A DNA stretch of 63,060 nt, filler included, from Asterionella formosa (taxonomy: Eukaryota), in assembly GCA_002256025.1 (NCBI GenBank). It is 15 parts of 15 records of this genome, joined end to end, with 100 filler letters (N's around TTAATTAATTAA, not from the genome) between each part and the next. Parts side by side here need not be neighbours in the genome. Positions count along the whole stretch, not along the records: positions 58,963 to 63,060 come from NKIB01013711.1; 14 more parts are not named here. The stretch is one strand, 5' to 3'. Every line of letters begins with the position of its first letter. The stretch's first letter is position 1. Under the pieces are notes generated by a model. That model was not told the DNA's origin, ran no database searches, and saw only the letters and a list, made by a program, of their open reading frames with translations. Both the position numbers and the translations under genes were made by a program. This document shows positions 59,245 through 63,060 of the stretch, one piece after another.

Positions 59245-61692
59245 ATGGCAGATGATGAGGAAGTTGTTGGCCCGAATCCTCTCGACATTACAGTCGTTGA
59301 GGAGGAATCCGAAGGCGAGCATGAGTCTAGCGATGAATTCAACTTTAACGATGTGACTGTGTTGAAAAAGAATCTTTCCGTTACCTTCGATCAGCACGTC
59401 AGAATCAGCGCTACCAATTCGGTCGTGGCCCAACAGATTGCCAGGTTCGAGCAGTCGATTCACAACTCCGCAGTTGCTCCTGTCCTGACCCGGCCACAAA
59501 AACTGTCCGTTGCGCTTCGAATTCGCCCTCCCGTCGGCGCGAAGGCCATTGATAGCGGCAAACATGACTGCTCCGCTGCGAGTACCGTCGAGCTCCTTTC
59601 TGCCACCACGCTTCGTACCTACCCACCTCCTGACTCGCAGACCGCCAAATCAAGTCGCGGAGAGACTGCGGGGGTCAAAGACTTTGAGTTCAGTTCCATT
59701 TTCGGTCCTGACACGCCCCAAGGGACGCTCTATGAACAAATGGCAGCACCCCTTGTGCAGGGGCTGGTCACGGGGAATCATTCTTCTGCTCTTCTCTTTA
59801 GCTACGGTATCACCAATGCAGGCAAGACCTACACCATGTTGGGAAACTTGTCGAATCCAGACGAATGGGGAATCCTACCTAGGGCAATGCAAGAATTGAG
59901 TGCAGTGCCGGGTTGGGAATTAATGTTGAGTTATTTGGAAATTTACAATGAACAAATTTTTGATTTGTTACCGTCGGATTGTGCCGCTAGACTCGTTCCT
60001 CTCAAGATTACTGGAGCCAGTGTCGTGGCTGGCCTTTCTAAACATCCAGTTGTAAATGTCCAAGCTGGGCTGGACCTGGTGAAGCTGGCCAAGACGAAGC
60101 GGCATACTTCGTGCAACAACTTGAACAACAAATCTAGTCGATCTCATTCCATTTGTCAATTGGATCTTGTCACTGCAACCAAGAGTAAGACCTTTTGGAT
60201 TGTTGACTTGGCTGGAAGTGAACGTAGCAAGAGAACTGGCATTGTTAATTCGACAAGACAGAGGGAAGCAACATTAATTAACGCATCACTGATGAAGCTG
60301 ATGCGCTGCTTACTTCCTGACGGAGACGTTATTCCATTTCGAGAGTCCAAATTGACGCACTTGATCATGCATCACTTAGTTAGTGGAGGAACTACCAGTA
60401 TGATGGTGAACATCAACCCAGCAGCTGCAGACTTTGACGAGACACAGCATGTCCTGGCGTACGCGTCGGCAGCCAAGACAGTTGATATCAATATGGAGGA
60501 CTATGTCAAGAAACGAAAGGCAATGGGATTGGAAGTGGCTTCGCATGGTTTGGACGGAAAGTCATTGAAGCGAGTAGCTTTGGAATCAAGTGATCGACCA
60601 CCGAGCAAAATTTCAAAGTTGGCCCGCCATTTTTCGCCCAAGAAGGCCTTTAGTCGTATGACTACCAAGCGCAAAACAGAGGAACAAGAAACGACTAAAC
60701 AGTTTCGAACAAAGTTGGATCAGCTCGCAGCCAATAAGATCAATCCGGAAAAAGAAATTCAGTTGTTGAAAACACACCTTTCCATCGCTCAAGCAGAAGC
60801 GGAAGTACATAAACACGAAATTCAGAATCTCCACAATCAAATACAGTCAGAAGCGGAAGCGCATCAACACGAAAAACAGATTCTCCAAGAAGAATTGCAA
60901 GAAATGGAATCTCAAGTCCGCATGGAGGCCGCGGAGGAAATGCAAGTTCAACTGCAAGCCATGCGAGAAGAGTACGATGCCATGTGTACTGAGCGTGACC
61001 GGAAGACGCAACCTACACCATCACGATTAGCAAAGAAAGCTCAAATGGACATGGCACAAGGAATCATGGATGATCTTGTCGAGAAGGTGGAAGAATGTGA
61101 AGAGGAAATGAAGCGTATGAGAGAGGAACATTCTGAGGAACTTGCAACTCTCTCTGAAAACCATGAAAGAGTGGTCATGCTGCTAAATGGTGAATTGGCA
61201 ACTTTGAAGAGCGCTAAGGATGAAGAAGAAAGATTGTTGAAAGAACAAATCCAGGATCTGGAACAAGAGGTTGCACATCTTCAAGAAAGAAAGATGAAGG
61301 ACGAAACTGACTTTCACACGCGAATGCAAGAATTGGAAGGGCAATTGGAAAGTAAACGCAACCTGCTGGAGCGAGACGAATTCGTTAATCCAGAAGTCCA
61401 ATCATCACCGGTTGATGAGAAAAACGAGCCGTCAATTGAAAACATTGCCTCAGCCGCAAGCCCAAAGAAATCATTGCCACGCAGTCGAGTCAGCAAGGTG
61501 GCCGGCGATGTGGAAAAACGAGCACCCTTTGGTGACTTGGGAAATATCAGTGAATACGAATTGTTTTTCCCTAAAAAGCCAGCGGCATTGGATGAAACTA
61601 CCGGAATTTTCAAGCGGCCTTCTGGGAGGGCGCCCCTTGGACGTGACTGGGATGAACGAGCGGGTGGATGGCGACTTTCGCAGTCTGAATAA
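59245..61692 (+). CDS. Kinesin motor protein, kinesin-6 (KIF20/KIF23)-like, with coiled-coil tail
   Basis: VALRIRP, LLFSYGITNAGKTYTM, SYLEIYNEQIFDLL, SSRSHS, VDLAGSER, IPFRESKLT, FDETQHVLAYA. Confidence 0.93.
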   Translation: MADDEEVVGPNPLDITVVEEESEGEHESSDEFNFNDVTVLKKNLSVTFDQHVRISATNSVVAQQIARFEQSIHNSAVAPVLTRPQKLSVALRIRPPVGAKAIDSGKHDCSAASTVELLSATTLRTYPPPDSQTAKSSRGETAGVKDFEFSSIFGPDTPQGTLYEQMAAPLVQGLVTGNHSSALLFSYGITNAGKTYTMLGNLSNPDEWGILPRAMQELSAVPGWELMLSYLEIYNEQIFDLLPSDCAARLVPLKITGASVVAGLSKHPVVNVQAGLDLVKLAKTKRHTSCNNLNNKSSRSHSICQLDLVTATKSKTFWIVDLAGSERSKRTGIVNSTRQREATLINASLMKLMRCLLPDGDVIPFRESKLTHLIMHHLVSGGTTSMMVNINPAAADFDETQHVLAYASAAKTVDINMEDYVKKRKAMGLEVASHGLDGKSLKRVALESSDRPPSKISKLARHFSPKKAFSRMTTKRKTEEQETTKQFRTKLDQLAANKINPEKEIQLLKTHLSIAQAEAEVHKHEIQNLHNQIQSEAEAHQHEKQILQEELQEMESQVRMEAAEEMQVQLQAMREEYDAMCTERDRKTQPTPSRLAKKAQMDMAQGIMDDLVEKVEECEEEMKRMREEHSEELATLSENHERVVMLLNGELATLKSAKDEEERLLKEQIQDLEQEVAHLQERKMKDETDFHTRMQELEGQLESKRNLLERDEFVNPEVQSSPVDEKNEPSIENIASAASPKKSLPRSRVSKVAGDVEKRAPFGDLGNISEYELFFPKKPAALDETTGIFKRPSGRAPLGRDWDERAGGWRLSQSE

Positions 61693-62243
61693 GAGCATCA
61701 CATTTTTGATTGGCTTTCAGATTTTCAATAGAAGTATACACCTCTGTCGGAGAACCTTTCTTGTTTGATGATGTCCTGGATAGCATCCTCCAATGCAGAC
61801 ACTGCATTTTAACCGTTGTTGAGGAGTAGTAATGAAGGAGTGAATGGGAAAACTTTCTTTGTTAAACGTTTCTCTGGTGTTCAGAAAGCATTTTAATGAT
61901 CCTATAAACTTCTTCAGCATCCAGGAGCTTGTATTACATTCATGATTCCATGTATAGTAGTAGCTATTTACAAAAGAGTGTTTCTTACAGGTAAACCATC
62001 TATTATCCGATACTCCGGAGACAGACTCAACAATGCTTCTGAAATATTGACTGCCTACCGGTACATGTAGAGTGATGCTGCTTTCAAAAAACAATTTATA
62101 TAGTCAAAGGTGATTTCCAGTAAATCACCCCATTCAACTGCAAATCCTATCAAAGTCAAGGTGAGGAAGAATAAAAGGGAAAACCTCTTTCTTATCCATT
62201 TTTATGATTGTATTGTCAATTTGCTTGATTCTGATAATATTTT

Positions 62244-62932
62244 TCAATTGGGTCCACTGGGCTGTGGGGTTTCGTCATCATCAGGTTCATCATCGCTCGA
62301 TGAATCATTCGGTTCCTTGCTTGGTGTAGTTACGATACCACCGGTAGGCACTGGAGCATTTGTTGGGACTTTAGTTGTGACTGTAGCCTTCGTTGGGACC
62401 TTGGTAGTGACAGGAGCATTCGTTGGGACTTTAGTGGTGACAGGAGCATTTGTTGGGACCTTGGTAGTGACCGGAGCATTCGTTGGGACCTTTGTAACAA
62501 CCGGAGAAGTGGAACTTAGCAAGAATTGAGAATAGTAATACTCGCTTAGACCGTTGCTATTTTGTACCACAATTGTGATATCCAAAGGCATACTGGAGGC
62601 AACGCCAGTCACTTTGAGCGTGGTAGTTATGGAGGTCTTGGAGTTGCTGTTGGTGTGTGTGACACCTCCGACGTTGTTATTAGTACAAAAGAAACTGACT
62701 TGCATGTTAGTGCCAACAGGAGTTAAGGAATTAACTTCTCCAACCTTTCCGAGTCTCACAAGGAATCCCTTGAATCCTTTGGTACCGGTGATGACCAAGT
62801 TAGTATTTGTGTTTGTAGGAAAAGTGGAAACAACATTGGGAGTGAGCACGGAACCACCGAGCGTCACAGCGTAGCTTCCGGTGGTAAGTGAACCCGTTTT
62901 GATAGTTTTTCCTCCCGTCAAATGATCAGACC
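62244..62932 (-). CDS. Last exon of a probable secreted Reeler-like protein with a TNAPVTTKVP repeat tail (5' exon not resolved)
   Basis: FKGFLVRL and GVTHTNSNSKT motifs; 30-bp tandem repeats at ~62350-62500; acceptor-like caacacag at the 5' edge. Confidence 0.7.
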
Positions 62933-63060
62933 CTGTGTTGGAGAAAATATTTTAGGAAAGAAAATCCCGGTATAAATTACCTACTACATATTGAATCGAA
63001 TGAATCAAGAAAGAATATGGTCCCAGAGAATTCGAAAACAATCTACGCCAACAGTAAAAA

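Noticed and set aside
1..63060. Gene clusters across the window (e.g. UreG + SCO1 metal chaperones, Crypton + LRR cassette)
   Set aside because: They lie on different length-sorted contigs, so adjacency has no biological meaning.

Overview
This window is not one locus. It is 15 unrelated ~4.1 kb contigs, sorted by decreasing length (4135 to 4098 bp) and joined by artificial 100-bp linkers (N44-TTAATTAATTAA-N44). Contigs: 1-4135, 4236-8356, 8457-12577, 12678-16797, 16898-21016, 21117-25230, 25331-29439, 29540-33647, 33748-37855, 37956-42059, 42160-46263, 46364-50465, 50566-54664, 54765-58862, 58963-63060. The DNA is eukaryotic nuclear, most likely a diatom (inferred from short GT-AG introns, CoDi-type Copia elements and a stramenopile-type Crypton). 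Host genes: patatin-like lipase, UreG, 2OG-Fe(II) oxygenase-ankyrin, SCO1, a PH-domain protein, a TPR protein, RCE1, TRM112, CaMKMT, TMEM184, a kinesin, an ARM-type fragment and several secreted repeat proteins. Much of the rest is decayed transposons (Copia/CoDi, PIF/Harbinger, MULE, Crypton) and dispersed repeats. Most interesting: (1) an intronless LRR-SEL1-transmembrane gene bracketed by a perfect 21-bp direct repeat; (2) a tRNA-derived SINE with a 17-bp target-site duplication inside a Crypton recombinase pseudogene; (3) a 92-bp double-hairpin tandem array on a contig carrying an unclassified multicopy element; (4) dual splice donors and acceptors in SCO1; (5) an acidic secreted protein with RXL motifs; (6) pervasive GGTACC clusters. 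All family assignments come from motif recognition by eye, not database searches.
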